Part shown: piece by piece, positions 10,091 through 20,973 of the stretch
How the letters are laid out: each line of letters opens with the position of its first letter
Numbering within the stretch: the stretch's first letter is position 1
Assembly (NCBI GenBank): GCA_964291235.2
Contig: OZ219816.1
Location: 704,001-768,000, forward strand
Length of the DNA stretch: 64,000 nt
Reading direction: 5' to 3'
Source of the DNA: Vicinamibacteria bacterium
GTDB taxonomy: Bacteria > Acidobacteriota > Vicinamibacteria > Marinacidobacterales > Marinacidobacteraceae
The notes under the pieces: model-generated
The model's input: the letters and a program-made list of their open reading frames with translations, nothing else
What the model was told of the DNA's origin: nothing
Databases searched by the model: none
Translations under genes and position numbers: made by a program

Positions 10091-10675
10091 TTGTCCGCGC
10101 CCCACGACCCCTCCGCCCTGATTGTCAACCTGGCGGCGGTCCCTGCGCGGGGCGCCCGGGTGGCCATCTCCGCGGACCAGGCAGCACTGGGCTTTTCCGG
10201 CGCTGCTTTCGAGATCGTCGGCGAACTCCGTCTCGATGGGGAACTCGACCGGGTGGAGAGCGCCGGCTTCCGGCTCCTGGCGCGCCTCGCCGGCGCGCTG
10301 CGCCTCGAGTGCGTCCGCTGTCTCGGTCCGGTGGCGCTTCCCGTGGACGAGGAACTCGATCTCGTGTACCTGCCCCGCGGTGCCGATTCGACCGACCTGA
10401 CCGGCGGGGAGCGCGCCCTCGAAGCTTCGGACATGAACGTGTCCTTCGTTGAGGACGACCGGCTTGCTCTCGCCGACACCATGTGGGAGCAGCTCCACCT
10501 GGCGCTGCCCGTAAAGCCGCTCTGTTCCGCCAATTGCCGCGGGCTCTGCAACTCCTGCGGCGCCGACCGGAACCGTCAGCCGCTCTGCGGCTGCGAGGAG
10601 CAGGCCGCCGCCGCCGAGCGTACCGGCCTGGCGGCCCTCCGCGACCTGCCGGGTCTCCGGCGGCTCCCGGGCTAA
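10091..10675 (+). CDS. yceD: YceD/DUF177 family protein
   Basis: CVRCL and PLCSANCRGLCNSCGAD motifs; immediately upstream of rpmF. Confidence 0.88.
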   Translation: MSAPHDPSALIVNLAAVPARGARVAISADQAALGFSGAAFEIVGELRLDGELDRVESAGFRLLARLAGALRLECVRCLGPVALPVDEELDLVYLPRGADSTDLTGGERALEASDMNVSFVEDDRLALADTMWEQLHLALPVKPLCSANCRGLCNSCGADRNRQPLCGCEEQAAAAERTGLAALRDLPGLRRLPG

Positions 10676-10742
10676 CACCCATCCGCCGCCGGACCGACAA
10701 CCGGCCATCAATGTCCTGAGAAACCAGACAGGAGTCAACGAA

Positions 10743-10928
10743 ATGCCGCAACCCAAGAGGCGCCACTCACGTGGTCGCCGCAACAATCGCCGCTCTCACG
10801 ACAGCCTCCAGGCTCCCGGACTCTCGGTCTGCACCGAGTGCAACCGGCGCATCCGGCCCCACGTGGTCTGCCCTCACTGCGGGTTCTACAAGGGCAAGAA
10901 GGTTCTCGACCTGGACCCGGGCGCCTGA
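10743..10928 (+). CDS. rpmF: 50S ribosomal protein L32
   Basis: PKRRHSR...RRSH, CxxC...HVVCPHCGFYKG. Confidence 0.97.
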   Translation: MPQPKRRHSRGRRNNRRSHDSLQAPGLSVCTECNRRIRPHVVCPHCGFYKGKKVLDLDPGA

Positions 10929-10986
10929 CAATCCGGCCTGACAATCTGGATTGCCCCGCCGAACCGAGTCACGGTAAGGATCTCGC

Positions 10987-11946
10987 GTGAGCCACCAAGC
11001 CTTCCTCTTTCCCGGTCAGGGCTCCCAGCGGCCCGGCATGGGCCGGGCGTTGGCGGATGCGTTTTCCGAGTCACGGACCGTGTTCGAGGAGGCGGATGAT
11101 GTCCTGGGCGAGCCGCTTTCCGCCCTTTGTTTCGAAGGGCCGGAGGAAGCGCTCCGACTGACGCGGAACACGCAGCCTGCCATGCTCGCGGTGAGCATCG
11201 CCGCCTGGCGGGCGGCCGAGGCTCGCGGCGCGGTCATGGACATGGCCGCCGGGCACAGCCTCGGGGAATACTCCGCGCTCGTTGCGGCCGGAGCGCTTTC
11301 GTTCGCCGACGCGCTCCGCCTGACCCGGCGCCGCGCCGAGTTCATGCAGGAAGCGGTGCCGGCGGGAGAGGGCGCAATGGCCGCGGTCCTGGGGCTTTCC
11401 CCGGAGGAGGTAGCCGCGGTCGCGTCGGAGGTGACGGCCCGCGGCGAGGGACTCGTGGAACCGGCCAACTTCAACGGCGGCGGGCAGGTGGTCATCGGTG
11501 GTCATACCGCGGCGGTGGCCGCCGCCGGGGACCAGTTGAAGGCCAGCGGGGCCCGGCGGGTCCTTCCGCTGCCGGTGAGCGCGCCGTTCCACACCCGGTT
11601 GATGCAGCCGGCGGCGGAGCGCCTTGCGGCGGAGCTGGAGGCAATCCCCTTTGCCGACCCCAGGGCGCCCCTGTGGACAAACGTGGATGCCGCTCCGGTC
11701 CGCACGGGAGCTGATGCCCGGGAGGCTCTGCGGCGTCAGGTGGCGTCGCCGGTGCGCTGGGAGGAAACCCTCCGGGGAATGGCCGCGGCGGGCGCCGCCA
11801 CCTTCGTCGAGATTGGAGTGGGCAAGGTCTTGACCGGCCTGGTGCGCAAGGTGCTGCCGGGTGTCGAGGCTCTTGCGGTGTCCGATCCGGCCGGCATCGA
11901 GCACGTTCAGCAGTTGCGGCCGGAGGCGGGGGCGAGCCTCGCGTGA
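10987..11946 (+). CDS. fabD: Malonyl-CoA:ACP transacylase
   Basis: FPGQGSQ, TQPA, GHSLGEYSAL, VSAPFH, PVRW. Confidence 0.96.
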   Translation: MSHQAFLFPGQGSQRPGMGRALADAFSESRTVFEEADDVLGEPLSALCFEGPEEALRLTRNTQPAMLAVSIAAWRAAEARGAVMDMAAGHSLGEYSALVAAGALSFADALRLTRRRAEFMQEAVPAGEGAMAAVLGLSPEEVAAVASEVTARGEGLVEPANFNGGGQVVIGGHTAAVAAAGDQLKASGARRVLPLPVSAPFHTRLMQPAAERLAAELEAIPFADPRAPLWTNVDAAPVRTGADAREALRRQVASPVRWEETLRGMAAAGAATFVEIGVGKVLTGLVRKVLPGVEALAVSDPAGIEHVQQLRPEAGASLA

Positions 11947-12713
11947 TGGTTGCCACGGCTCAGGTTCCCCGCGCGATGCCGTTCGCGGAGCAGACCGCTC
12001 TCGTTACCGGCGGCACCCGCGGGATCGGCCGCGCAATCGCCGTCCGTCTCGCCGACGAAGGGGCGAGGGTCTTCCTGACCGGTACCGACCCTGAGCGGGC
12101 CGCCGCGGTCGCCGCCGAGGTTGATGCGGGGCGCGGCCGCGCCTTTGGGCTGGCGCTCGATCTGACCGATCCGGAATCGGTCCGGCGCGCGGTGGCGGCG
12201 GCCGGCGCGGACGGCGGGTTGCAGATCCTCATCAACAACGCGGGGGTTTCGCGGGACAGCCTGCTGCTTCGCCAGTCGGCCGAGGCGTGGCGCGAAACGA
12301 TCTCCACGAATCTCGACGGCCTCTACGCTTGCTGTCAGGCCGCCGTGCGGCCTATGATCCGCGCCCGCTACGGTCGGATTGTCAATCTGAGTTCCATTGT
12401 GGGGCTCCGGGGCAATCCGGGTCAGACCGCCTACGCGACAACCAAGGCAGGGATTCTCGGCTTCACGAAGTCGCTTGCCAAGGAACTGGCGCGCCGAAAC
12501 GTCACCGTCAATGCGGTGGCTCCGGGACTCGTGGAAACGGATATGACCCGCGAGTTGCCGGAGGCGGCGCGGGAGCAGCTCGGAAGCGCCATTGCCATGG
12601 GGCGCCCCGGATCACCCGAAGAGGTGGCCGCCGCAGTCGTCTTCCTCGCCTCCCCCGAGGCGAGTTACATCACTGGCGCGGTCCTCGAGGTAACCGGGGG
12701 ACTCGCGCTCTAG
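11943..12713 (+). CDS. fabG: 3-oxoacyl-ACP reductase
   Basis: TGGTRGIG, NNAG, YATTK, NAVAPG; position in fab cluster. Confidence 0.93.
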   Translation: MMVATAQVPRAMPFAEQTALVTGGTRGIGRAIAVRLADEGARVFLTGTDPERAAAVAAEVDAGRGRAFGLALDLTDPESVRRAVAAAGADGGLQILINNAGVSRDSLLLRQSAEAWRETISTNLDGLYACCQAAVRPMIRARYGRIVNLSSIVGLRGNPGQTAYATTKAGILGFTKSLAKELARRNVTVNAVAPGLVETDMTRELPEAAREQLGSAIAMGRPGSPEEVAAAVVFLASPEASYITGAVLEVTGGLAL

Positions 12714-12895
12714 CAGCCTGTCGATAAAGTGACGTGAGCACCGAGAATAGTGAAGCGCCCGGCAGACAAGGCGCGTGAGGGAGGAATACCGAGTGTATTG
12801 CGACCGAAACGCAACGATGAGGGTCGCGCAGCGGCCCCGTTCAGCCGGGATGCATCGCTGTTCGAATGCCGCGTGACTTTATCGACAGGCTGCTA
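12711..12895. mobile_element. MITE-like element, copy 1
   Basis: Perfect 20-bp terminal inverted repeats TAGCAGCCTGTCGATAAAGT / ACTTTATCGACAGGCTGCTA; core shared with the copies at 21445 and 30353; no ORF. Confidence 0.8.
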
Positions 12896-12963
12896 ACCCG
12901 GCGCCTCCGCGCGATCCGGCAGGCATTCAACCAGAACAGAGCACAGACAGGAGAAACGAACTC

Positions 12964-13248
12964 ATGACGGACAAAGCCAACGAAGCGAACGGCGCTCCGG
13001 AAGTCGAGGAACTTCCGACCGACGAGCGCGTCCGCGAAATCATCTGCGAGCAGCTTTCGGTGGCTCCCGACGAGGTCACGCCCGAGGCAACCTTCGTAGG
13101 CGATTTGAGCGCGGACTCGCTGGACATGGTCGAGCTGATGATGGCGCTTGAAGAACAGTTCGGGATCGACATCTCGGAAGATCAGGCGGAACGGATCCAG
13201 ACTGTCGGCGATGCGGTGGCGTTCATCGAGCAGCGGATCGACAGCTGA
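12964..13248 (+). CDS. acpP: Acyl carrier protein
   Basis: [24 protein letters not shown]. Confidence 0.96.
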   Translation: MTDKANEANGAPEVEELPTDERVREIICEQLSVAPDEVTPEATFVGDLSADSLDMVELMMALEEQFGIDISEDQAERIQTVGDAVAFIEQRIDS

Positions 13249-13332
13249 CCTGCGTCAGCGCCGATTCCGCGGGACAGCTCGCGGCGCCCTCGGGCTGCGG
13301 CTACCGGTCTGTCCTCAAGGCCGGGTAGTGGC

Positions 13333-14580
13333 ATGACCACCAGAAGAGTTGTCGTCACCGGCGTGGGGCTCGTGTCCCCGCTGGGTATCGGAACCCGCGC
13401 TACCTGGGAAGGCCTGCTCGCCGGCCGCTCCGGCGCGGGGCCGATCACCCGTTTCGACGCCGCGGACTTCTCGTCGCGGATCGCCTGCGAGGTCAAGGGG
13501 TTCGACCCGCTCGACTATGCCGACCGCCGGGACACCCGGAAGATGGACACCTTCATCCAGTACGCGTTGGCAGCGTCGCTGTTCGCGGCCGAGGATGCGG
13601 GACTCGAGACTCCGCTCGCGGATCCGGATCGCGTTGGGGTGATCATTTCCTCGGGGATCGGCGGTTTCGAAACGATCGAGAGGGAACACCGGAAGCTGCT
13701 CGAGAAGGGACCGCGACGCATCTCTCCTTTCTTCGTGCCGGCGATGGTGGTCAACCTGGCCGCTGGATGGGTCTCGATCCGGCTGGGAGCGAAGGGGCCG
13801 AATTCGGCGATGGCGACCGCCTGTTCCGCCGGCGCCCATGCGGTCGGGGAAGCCTTCCGCCTCGTGCGCCACGGCCAGGCAGACGTCATGGTGGCGGGAG
13901 GAGCGGAGGCCACCATCACTCCGATGTGCATCGGAGGCTTCGCCTCCATGAAGGCGCTCTCCACCCGAAACGACGATCCCGAGCGGGCGTCGCGCCCCTT
14001 CGACCGCGACCGCGATGGCTTCGTGGTCGGCGAGGGCGCGGGCATCCTCCTGCTGGAGGAACGGGAGCGGGCGCTGGCGCGCGGCGCCAACCCGTATGCG
14101 GAGGTCGTGGGATACGGGATGAGCGGTGATGCGTTCCACATCACGGCCCCGGCGCCGGACGGGAGCGGCGCGGTGCGGGTGATGGAGGCCGCGCTGGCCG
14201 AGGCGAACGCCGCTCCCGAAGACGTGGACGCGGTGAACGCCCACGGCACCTCCACCCCGCTGAACGACCGGATCGAAACAGCCGCCATCCGGCAGGTGTT
14301 CGGGGAACACGCCGACCGGCTCGCGGTCAGTTCCACGAAGTCCATGACCGGGCATCTGCTCGGCGGTGCGGGGGGGCTCGAGGCCGGGATCTCCTGTCTG
14401 ACCCTGCGTCACCAGACGCTACCCCCGACCATCAACTACGAGACGCCGGATCCCGACTGCGACCTGGACATCGTGCCGAACACCGCGCGGCCGGCCGCGG
14501 TGCGCAGCGTGCTGTCGAACTCTTTCGGGTTCGGCGGAACGAATGTTTCCTTGCTGTTCCGCCACCCCGAGGGGCGCTGA
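13333..14580 (+). CDS. fabF: Beta-ketoacyl-ACP synthase II
   Basis: [36 protein letters not shown]. Confidence 0.96.
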   Translation: MTTRRVVVTGVGLVSPLGIGTRATWEGLLAGRSGAGPITRFDAADFSSRIACEVKGFDPLDYADRRDTRKMDTFIQYALAASLFAAEDAGLETPLADPDRVGVIISSGIGGFETIEREHRKLLEKGPRRISPFFVPAMVVNLAAGWVSIRLGAKGPNSAMATACSAGAHAVGEAFRLVRHGQADVMVAGGAEATITPMCIGGFASMKALSTRNDDPERASRPFDRDRDGFVVGEGAGILLLEERERALARGANPYAEVVGYGMSGDAFHITAPAPDGSGAVRVMEAALAEANAAPEDVDAVNAHGTSTPLNDRIETAAIRQVFGEHADRLAVSSTKSMTGHLLGGAGGLEAGISCLTLRHQTLPPTINYETPDPDCDLDIVPNTARPAAVRSVLSNSFGFGGTNVSLLFRHPEGR

Positions 14581-14581
14581 C

Positions 14582-15595
14582 ATGGAAGACCTTTTCCGAT
14601 ACCTGAGGGAACTCGTTGACATCCCGTCGGTGACCGGCGATGAGGAAGCGGTCGCCCGGCGGGTGGGCGCGGATCTGGAGGCGCTCGGCCTCGAGGTCGA
14701 GTTCGATGAAATGGCCCCCGGCCGCCCGAACCTGATCGCCCGCGCCGGCGCCGAGCCCACGCGGCTCTGGTACTGCACCCATCTGGACACGGTGCCGCCC
14801 TTCTTCCCGTCCAGCGAAAACGAAACCCACGTCGCCGGCCGCGGCTCCTGCGATGCCAAGGGCATTCTGGCGGCGATGGTCTTCGCGGCCCGCCGGCTCC
14901 GGGAAGACGGAGCTGCCGGATTCGGACTGGTGTTCACGGTCGGAGAGGAAGTGGACAGCGCCGGCGCTATTCATCTGGACCAGCGGGGGCCCGGGCCCCG
15001 GGTCGAGGGACTCCACCTCGTCTGCGGGGAGCCCACCGAAGGAGTCATGGCGAGTGGCCACAAGGGGACTCTTCGGGTCCGGATTTCCGCGCGCGGGAAG
15101 GCGGCTCACTCCGCGTACCCGGAAGCGGGAGACTCGGCGATTCACCGCCTCCTCGCACTCATCACCCATCTTCAGTCGCTCGATTGGGGCAGGAGTGAGA
15201 TCCTCGGTTCGGCCACCCTGAACGTGGGCCTGATTTCCGGCGGTGTCGCCGGCAACGTCTTCGCCCCTTCCGCGCAGGCGACCGTCTACTGGCGGCTGGT
15301 CGGCGAGGTGGAACCCGTCCGCCGGCGCCTCGAGGAGATCCTGGCTGCCGATGACAATCTGAGCTTCGAGTTGGTCGGTCAGAACGACGCGGTCTTCTGC
15401 CGCACGCTCCCGGGGTTCGAGGTGGCGCCGATGTCCTACTCCACCGACATCCCCTTCATGCCCTCCTGGGGAAGGCCCCTGCTGATCGGCCCCGGCAGCA
15501 TTCACGACGCGCATACGGCTGACGAACACGTGTTGAAGAGCGACCTGGTGGACGCCGTCGGCTACTACCAGAAGATCGCCCGCGAACTCCTCTAA
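14582..15595 (+). CDS. M20 family metallopeptidase (ArgE/DapE-like)
   Basis: HLDTVPP, GRGSCDAKG, VGEE, GEPT, AHS, AHTADE. Confidence 0.88.
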   Translation: MEDLFRYLRELVDIPSVTGDEEAVARRVGADLEALGLEVEFDEMAPGRPNLIARAGAEPTRLWYCTHLDTVPPFFPSSENETHVAGRGSCDAKGILAAMVFAARRLREDGAAGFGLVFTVGEEVDSAGAIHLDQRGPGPRVEGLHLVCGEPTEGVMASGHKGTLRVRISARGKAAHSAYPEAGDSAIHRLLALITHLQSLDWGRSEILGSATLNVGLISGGVAGNVFAPSAQATVYWRLVGEVEPVRRRLEEILAADDNLSFELVGQNDAVFCRTLPGFEVAPMSYSTDIPFMPSWGRPLLIGPGSIHDAHTADEHVLKSDLVDAVGYYQKIARELL

Positions 15596-15664
15596 CCCGG
15601 CTGGCTCCGGAGTCTCACCGCCCACGGCCGCGAGCCGACGGGAACGCCGGCGCTCCCACTCCGC

Positions 15665-16777
15665 ATGTCCGACAATCGCCCAGCGTCCCCGTTCCGTCTC
15701 CTCCGCCGCACCCTCCTCGGGTGGTTCCGGAAGAACAAGCGTCCGCTTCCTTTCCGGGAATCGCCGGACGCCTGGCGTGTCTGGGTTTCGGAGGTGATGC
15801 TCCAGCAGACCCGGGTGGAGGCGATGCTGCCGCGCTACCGGGACTTCATGGCTCGCTTCCCGGACCCCGGTGTGCTGGCTGACGCCAGCGAGGACGAAGT
15901 GCTGGGAGCCTGGTCGGGGCTCGGCTACTACGGTCGCGCCCGGGCGCTGCACCGGGCGGTGCGGCAACTCGCCGCGGAGGGCCGGGAAATCCCGCGGGAT
16001 GCGGCGTCGCTCAGGAAGCTCTCGGGTATTGGCGAGTACACCGCGGCCGCGGTCGCCTCGATCGCGGCCGGCGAGCCGGTTGCCGCAGTGGACGGGAATG
16101 TGCGGCGGGTGCTGTCCAGGCTGTTCGCAGTAGGAGGGGTTCCCGGGCGGACATCCTTCGAGAGACGGATCCGGGAGTTGGCCGACCGGCTCATGGAGGC
16201 GGACGACGCTGAAGAGCCGGGTGATTGGAACCAGGCGCTGATGGAACTCGGAGCAACGGTCTGCGTCGCGCGTGCACCTCGCTGCGACCGCTGTCCCGTT
16301 CGTGAATTCTGCTGGGCTCGGCTGGGAGGGCGCCCGGAAGCGTTTCCCGAGCGGCGCGAGCGTCCCCGGGCGGTCGCCACAAGGCTCGCGGTGGCTGTCG
16401 TCAGGGACGAGGAGGGCCGGGTTCTGCTGTTTCGGCGCCGGGAAACCCCGATGCGCGGCCTCTACGAACTGCCGTGCGGCGAATGCCGAAGCGGCGAGCG
16501 CGCGGAGCAGGCACTCGTCCGTGAGGCGAGGGCGCGCTACGGGATCCGGCTGCGGACTGGCCGGCAACTGAGCGGATTCCGGCACACCATCATGAACCGA
16601 AGAATCGCGGTCGTTCCCTACGAGGCCGATGTCGAGGAGCCGCCGCCTCCCGATGCCGAGAAGGGCCGCTTCGTACACCCCCGGGATCTGGACCGGATTC
16701 CGTCCGGGTCGATGGTCTCGAAGGCCCTGCGCGGGATCGGCACGACGAGCCCCGGAAGGCCGGAACCCCTCGACTAG
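15665..16777 (+). CDS. mutY: A/G-specific adenine glycosylase
   Basis: VSEVMLQQT, WSGLGYY, GIGEYTA, VDGNVRRV, Fe-S CxxxxxxCxxCxxxxxC, NUDIX-like C-terminus. Confidence 0.94.
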   Translation: MSDNRPASPFRLLRRTLLGWFRKNKRPLPFRESPDAWRVWVSEVMLQQTRVEAMLPRYRDFMARFPDPGVLADASEDEVLGAWSGLGYYGRARALHRAVRQLAAEGREIPRDAASLRKLSGIGEYTAAAVASIAAGEPVAAVDGNVRRVLSRLFAVGGVPGRTSFERRIRELADRLMEADDAEEPGDWNQALMELGATVCVARAPRCDRCPVREFCWARLGGRPEAFPERRERPRAVATRLAVAVVRDEEGRVLLFRRRETPMRGLYELPCGECRSGERAEQALVREARARYGIRLRTGRQLSGFRHTIMNRRIAVVPYEADVEEPPPPDAEKGRFVHPRDLDRIPSGSMVSKALRGIGTTSPGRPEPLD

Positions 16778-16796
16778 ACTCCGCCCGCGACTTCCC

Positions 16797-19280
16797 ATGA
16801 GCACCTTCCACGAACGCGTCGAAACGAAATGGCAGGACCGCTGGGCTCGCGAGCGCTCCTTCCGGACTCCGGACCTGCCGGAGGGGCCGCGCTACTACTG
16901 CCTCGAGATGCTGCCGTATCCGTCCGGGCGCATCCACATGGGCCACGTGAGGAACTACTCCATTGGGGATGTGATGGCCCGCTTCTTCCGGCGGAACGGG
17001 TTCACCGTCATGCATCCGATCGGTTGGGACGCGCTGGGCCTGCCCGCGGAGAACGCCGCGCTTCAGCGGGGCGCTCACCCCGCTGACTGGACCCTCCACA
17101 ACATAGACCACATGCGCCGGCAGCTTCGCCGACTCGGATTCAGCTACGACTGGGAGCGGGAGTTCGCCACCTGCGATCCCTCCTACTACCGGTGGAATCA
17201 GTGGTTCTTTCTCAAGATGTGGGAACGGGGACTCGCCTACCGGAAGAACGGCACCGTCAACTGGTGTCCCGGCTGTGCGACCGTGCTGGCCAACGAGCAG
17301 GTCGAGGCCGGACAGTGTTGGCGCTGCGAGGCCGTTGTCGAGGAGCGGGAACTCCCGCAGTGGTTCCTGCGGGTCACTGACTACGCCGACGAGCTGCTCG
17401 ACGAGATGGAGCGGATGCCCGGCTGGCCTCACAAGGTGCTCGTGCTGCAGCGCAACTGGATCGGGCGCTCGGAGGGCGCCGAGATCCGGTTCCGAATCCC
17501 GGCTCTCGGAGACGTTGGGGACATCCCGGTGTTCACCACCCGGGTGGATACGGTCTATGGCGCCACCGCCCTGGTGCTGGCGCCGAGGCACCCGGCCACC
17601 GAGGCCATCGCGTCACGAAGCGCGGAAGTGGCCGACTACGTCCGCGCCGCGCTGGCGGCCCACGCGGGGGAAAGCCATCCGACCGGCGAAGTCGAAAAGA
17701 CCGGGGTGGACACCGGGTTTCGAGCGGTGAATCCGTTTTCGGGAGAGGAGATTCCGGTGTTCGTCGCGGACTACGTGCTCATGGAGTACGGAACCGGGGC
17801 GGTGATGGCGGTTCCGGCCCACGATGAGCGCGACTACGAGTTCGCGAAGAGGTACGGACTGGAAATACGCACGGTCGTCATCCCGAACGACCCGGACCGG
17901 GCGGCCGATCCGGACGGCGCCTTCGTGGACTATGGGACGGTGGTGGACTCGGGGTCCTTCAGCGGCCTGCCCACCGAAGAGGCGAAGGCCGCGATGGCGA
18001 GGCACGCCCGCGAGGGAGGCTACGGCGAGCCGAAGATCGCCTGGCGTTTTCGCGACTGGGGAATCTCCCGGCAGCGCTACTGGGGCACTCCGATTCCCAT
18101 GATCCATTGTCCGGAATGCGGGGAAGTACCGGTGCCCGAGGACGACCTCCCGGTGGAACTGCCGCGCGATGTCGAGATCACCGGCATGGGCGGCTCGGCG
18201 CTTTCGAAGATCGAATCCTGGTTCCGGGTGGATTGTCCGCGCTGCGGGGCGGCGTCCCGCCGGGAGACGGACACCATGGATACCTTCGTGGACTCGTCCT
18301 GGTACTTCTATCGCTACCTGGATCCCACGAACGACCGCGCTCCCTTCGACGCCGAAAAGGCGCGCGCCTGGTTTCCCATCGATCTCTATATCGGCGGCGT
18401 GGAGCACGCCATCCTGCATCTCATCTACTGCCGCTTCTGGACCAAGATGATGCGCGACCTCGGGCTCGCCAGCACCGACGAGCCGGTGATCCGCCAGTTG
18501 AGCCAGGGGATGGTCATCAAGGACGGCGCCAAGATGTCCAAGAGCAAGGGCAACGTCGTGGACCCCGATGCGGTGGTCGAACGGCAAGGCGCCGACGCGA
18601 TCCGGCTCTATGTCCTGTTCGAATCGCCTCCCGAAAAGGAGATGGATTGGACCGATGCCCGACTCTCGGGTCCGGCGCGCTATCTGCGGCGGCTCGAGCG
18701 GATGATCCCCGGGGAGGCCGAGTGGCTGGCCACGACCCCGCTTCCCGAGGGAAACGAAGACTTCGCGCCCGAAGATGTAGCGCTCCGCCGCAAGACCCAC
18801 CAGACGATCCGGCGGGTCACCCGCGATCTCGAAGAACGGATCCATCCGAACACCGCGATTGCGGCCATCATGGAACTAACGACCGCGGTTTCGCACCGAT
18901 TGGCGGATGCGGTCGCGGCAGCCTCCCGGCGAGCCGTGCGGGAGGGGGTGGAGGCGGTGATCTCGCTCTTGAACCCGATGGCGCCCCATCTGACCGAAGA
19001 ACTCTGGGAGCGGCTCGGGCACAAGACGATGCTGGTGGAATCTCCTTGGCCCCAGTGCGACGATGACCTTGCCCGGGAAGAGCAGGTTCTCGTCGTTTTG
19101 CAGGTGAACGGAAAGCTCCGCGGCCGCCTTGAGGTGCCGGCGGGCACCGAGACCCGGATCCTGACGGACCGGGCGCGGGAGAATGCGGGGATCCGCCGCC
19201 ACCTGGAAGGACTCGAGGTCCGCCGGGTCGTCACGGTGCCCGACCGGCTCGTGAACTTCGTGGCCGCCCGCCCCTCGTGA
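16797..19280 (+). CDS. leuS: Leucine--tRNA ligase
   Basis: PYPSGRIHMGH, GTGAVMAVPAHDERD editing domain, KMSKS. Confidence 0.97.
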   Translation: MSTFHERVETKWQDRWARERSFRTPDLPEGPRYYCLEMLPYPSGRIHMGHVRNYSIGDVMARFFRRNGFTVMHPIGWDALGLPAENAALQRGAHPADWTLHNIDHMRRQLRRLGFSYDWEREFATCDPSYYRWNQWFFLKMWERGLAYRKNGTVNWCPGCATVLANEQVEAGQCWRCEAVVEERELPQWFLRVTDYADELLDEMERMPGWPHKVLVLQRNWIGRSEGAEIRFRIPALGDVGDIPVFTTRVDTVYGATALVLAPRHPATEAIASRSAEVADYVRAALAAHAGESHPTGEVEKTGVDTGFRAVNPFSGEEIPVFVADYVLMEYGTGAVMAVPAHDERDYEFAKRYGLEIRTVVIPNDPDRAADPDGAFVDYGTVVDSGSFSGLPTEEAKAAMARHAREGGYGEPKIAWRFRDWGISRQRYWGTPIPMIHCPECGEVPVPEDDLPVELPRDVEITGMGGSALSKIESWFRVDCPRCGAASRRETDTMDTFVDSSWYFYRYLDPTNDRAPFDAEKARAWFPIDLYIGGVEHAILHLIYCRFWTKMMRDLGLASTDEPVIRQLSQGMVIKDGAKMSKSKGNVVDPDAVVERQGADAIRLYVLFESPPEKEMDWTDARLSGPARYLRRLERMIPGEAEWLATTPLPEGNEDFAPEDVALRRKTHQTIRRVTRDLEERIHPNTAIAAIMELTTAVSHRLADAVAAASRRAVREGVEAVISLLNPMAPHLTEELWERLGHKTMLVESPWPQCDDDLAREEQVLVVLQVNGKLRGRLEVPAGTETRILTDRARENAGIRRHLEGLEVRRVVTVPDRLVNFVAARPS

Positions 19281-19858
19281 TTTCTCCTCGTAATTCGCGG
19301 TCCGCCAGAGCGCCCGGTGGGGCGCGCTCCCTTCGGGATCGGCCCGGAATGTTTCTTGTCGTCCTGGCCGCGCTCGGCATTGTGGGCGGATGCGGTTACC
19401 GGCTCGCGGGGCTCGGGGCCGGACTGCCGGGTCACATCGAAGTGGTCGCCATCCTGCCCTTCGACAACGAGAGCGCCTTCCCGGAAGTTGAAGAGGGGAT
19501 GACCGAAGAGATCATCGAGGGGTTCAACCGGCGCGGCCGCTATACGGTGCAGGAGATCGAGGAGGGGGCGGACGCGGTGATGCGGGGCACGGTGCTCAGC
19601 GTGGACTTTTCACCGGCGCAGCTCGACCCGGCGACCGGATCGGCCTCCACCTACCTGATCATCGTCCGGGCCACGGTGGAATTCACGGATGTCGCCAATG
19701 ACGTGGTGCTGTTCGAATCGGACGAGTTCACGCTGCGCGACGAGTTTTCGATCGGGGACGATCCGGACGCTGCGTTCGACCGTGAGGGACTTGCTTTCTC
19801 CCGCATCGCCAGCGCCTTTGCGGACTCGCTGCTGGTCGCGATTCTCGAGGGGTTCTGA
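19277..19858 (+). CDS. lptE: LPS assembly lipoprotein LptE family
   Basis: Lipobox VGGCGYRL; conserved leuS-lptE-holA order. Confidence 0.8.
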   Translation: MISPRNSRSARAPGGARSLRDRPGMFLVVLAALGIVGGCGYRLAGLGAGLPGHIEVVAILPFDNESAFPEVEEGMTEEIIEGFNRRGRYTVQEIEEGADAVMRGTVLSVDFSPAQLDPATGSASTYLIIVRATVEFTDVANDVVLFESDEFTLRDEFSIGDDPDAAFDREGLAFSRIASAFADSLLVAILEGF

Positions 19859-20964
19859 TGGCCTTTGTCCAGGCGGGTTTCACCAAGGCCTTCGCCGCCT
19901 TCAGTCCGCTGCCGGCGGAAGCGCTGGCGAAGAAGCTGCCCGCCGCGGACTCGGGCGCCCTCTATGTTGTTGGCGGTGCGGATGGCTGGCTTCGCCGGCA
20001 GGCAATGCGGAAGCTCGCCGCCCATCATCTCGGGGACCCACCCGCCCCCTTTCGCCTGCGCCGCTTCGACGGACGGACGGCGGGCGCCGAACAGGTGGTG
20101 AGCGCGACGCGGACGGTTTCGTTCAGCGGAGGTCCGGTCGTCCTTGTCGAGAACGCGCTCCGGGTAGCGCAGCCACCGGCCTCGGCGGCTGGTCTCGGAG
20201 GGGTCATGGTGGAACTCCTCGAGGACCCGCCGGGACGGGCCGTCATCGCTTTCGAATGGGAACAAAACCCTGACCGGCGCCGAAAGGACTGGAAGGCGCT
20301 TGCCGCCGCGCTCGGTGATGCCGTGTCCCGGGGTGTGGCGCGCGTCGTGGATTGCGACGCGCCGCCCCCCGCGCGGATGACCGCGTGGATTCGCCGGACC
20401 GCGCGCCGGCGAGGCCTGAATCTGCCGGAGCGGGGAGCGGAACTCCTCCATGAGCGCTTCGGGCGGGAGCTACGGCAGCAGGTCAACGAGATCGAAAAGC
20501 TGGCGCTCTACGCGGGGAGCGACGAGGTCGGCGACATCTCGCTCGAGGATATGGAGCGGGTGCTCGGGGGCGGAAGTGTTCAGGACCGCTTCCGTTTCAC
20601 CGACGCCCTGCAGGCGGGCCGCACCGAAGCGGCGCTCTCGTCGCTCGAGTTGCTGCTTCGGGACGGAGAGTCGCCCCAGGCGCTCATGGCGCTGCTCTAC
20701 CGGCTCGTCACCCAGATCCAATTGGCTCAGGCCCACCGGGGTGATGAACCGCTCTCCGAGGCCCTCCGCGTTCCCCGCCGGGTTGCCGATGACCTGGCGC
20801 GCGCCGCCCGCCGCTTTCGTCCGGCCGATTTGCGCGCCATCTTGCGGCAACTGGCGGAAATGGATCTGCGGATGAAAACCACCCGCATCCCTGACCGTGC
20901 CGCCCTTGCCTCGCTGGCATTGTTGCTGGCCGCGCCGGGGTCCGGACGGGAGCAATCCCACTAG
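19858..20964 (+). CDS. holA: DNA polymerase III delta subunit
   Basis: NEIEKLALY, DLRMKT; synteny after leuS-lptE. Confidence 0.85.
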   Translation: MAFVQAGFTKAFAAFSPLPAEALAKKLPAADSGALYVVGGADGWLRRQAMRKLAAHHLGDPPAPFRLRRFDGRTAGAEQVVSATRTVSFSGGPVVLVENALRVAQPPASAAGLGGVMVELLEDPPGRAVIAFEWEQNPDRRRKDWKALAAALGDAVSRGVARVVDCDAPPPARMTAWIRRTARRRGLNLPERGAELLHERFGRELRQQVNEIEKLALYAGSDEVGDISLEDMERVLGGGSVQDRFRFTDALQAGRTEAALSSLELLLRDGESPQALMALLYRLVTQIQLAQAHRGDEPLSEALRVPRRVADDLARAARRFRPADLRAILRQLAEMDLRMKTTRIPDRAALASLALLLAAPGSGREQSH

Positions 20965-20973
20965 TCTCCGGGC

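Noticed and set aside
14432-16804. 790-aa minus-strand ORF (also 28016-30133, 37533-39431, 59936-62500, 1675-3192)
   Set aside because: Antisense shadows of well-supported genes, expected at this GC content; no recognisable motifs.
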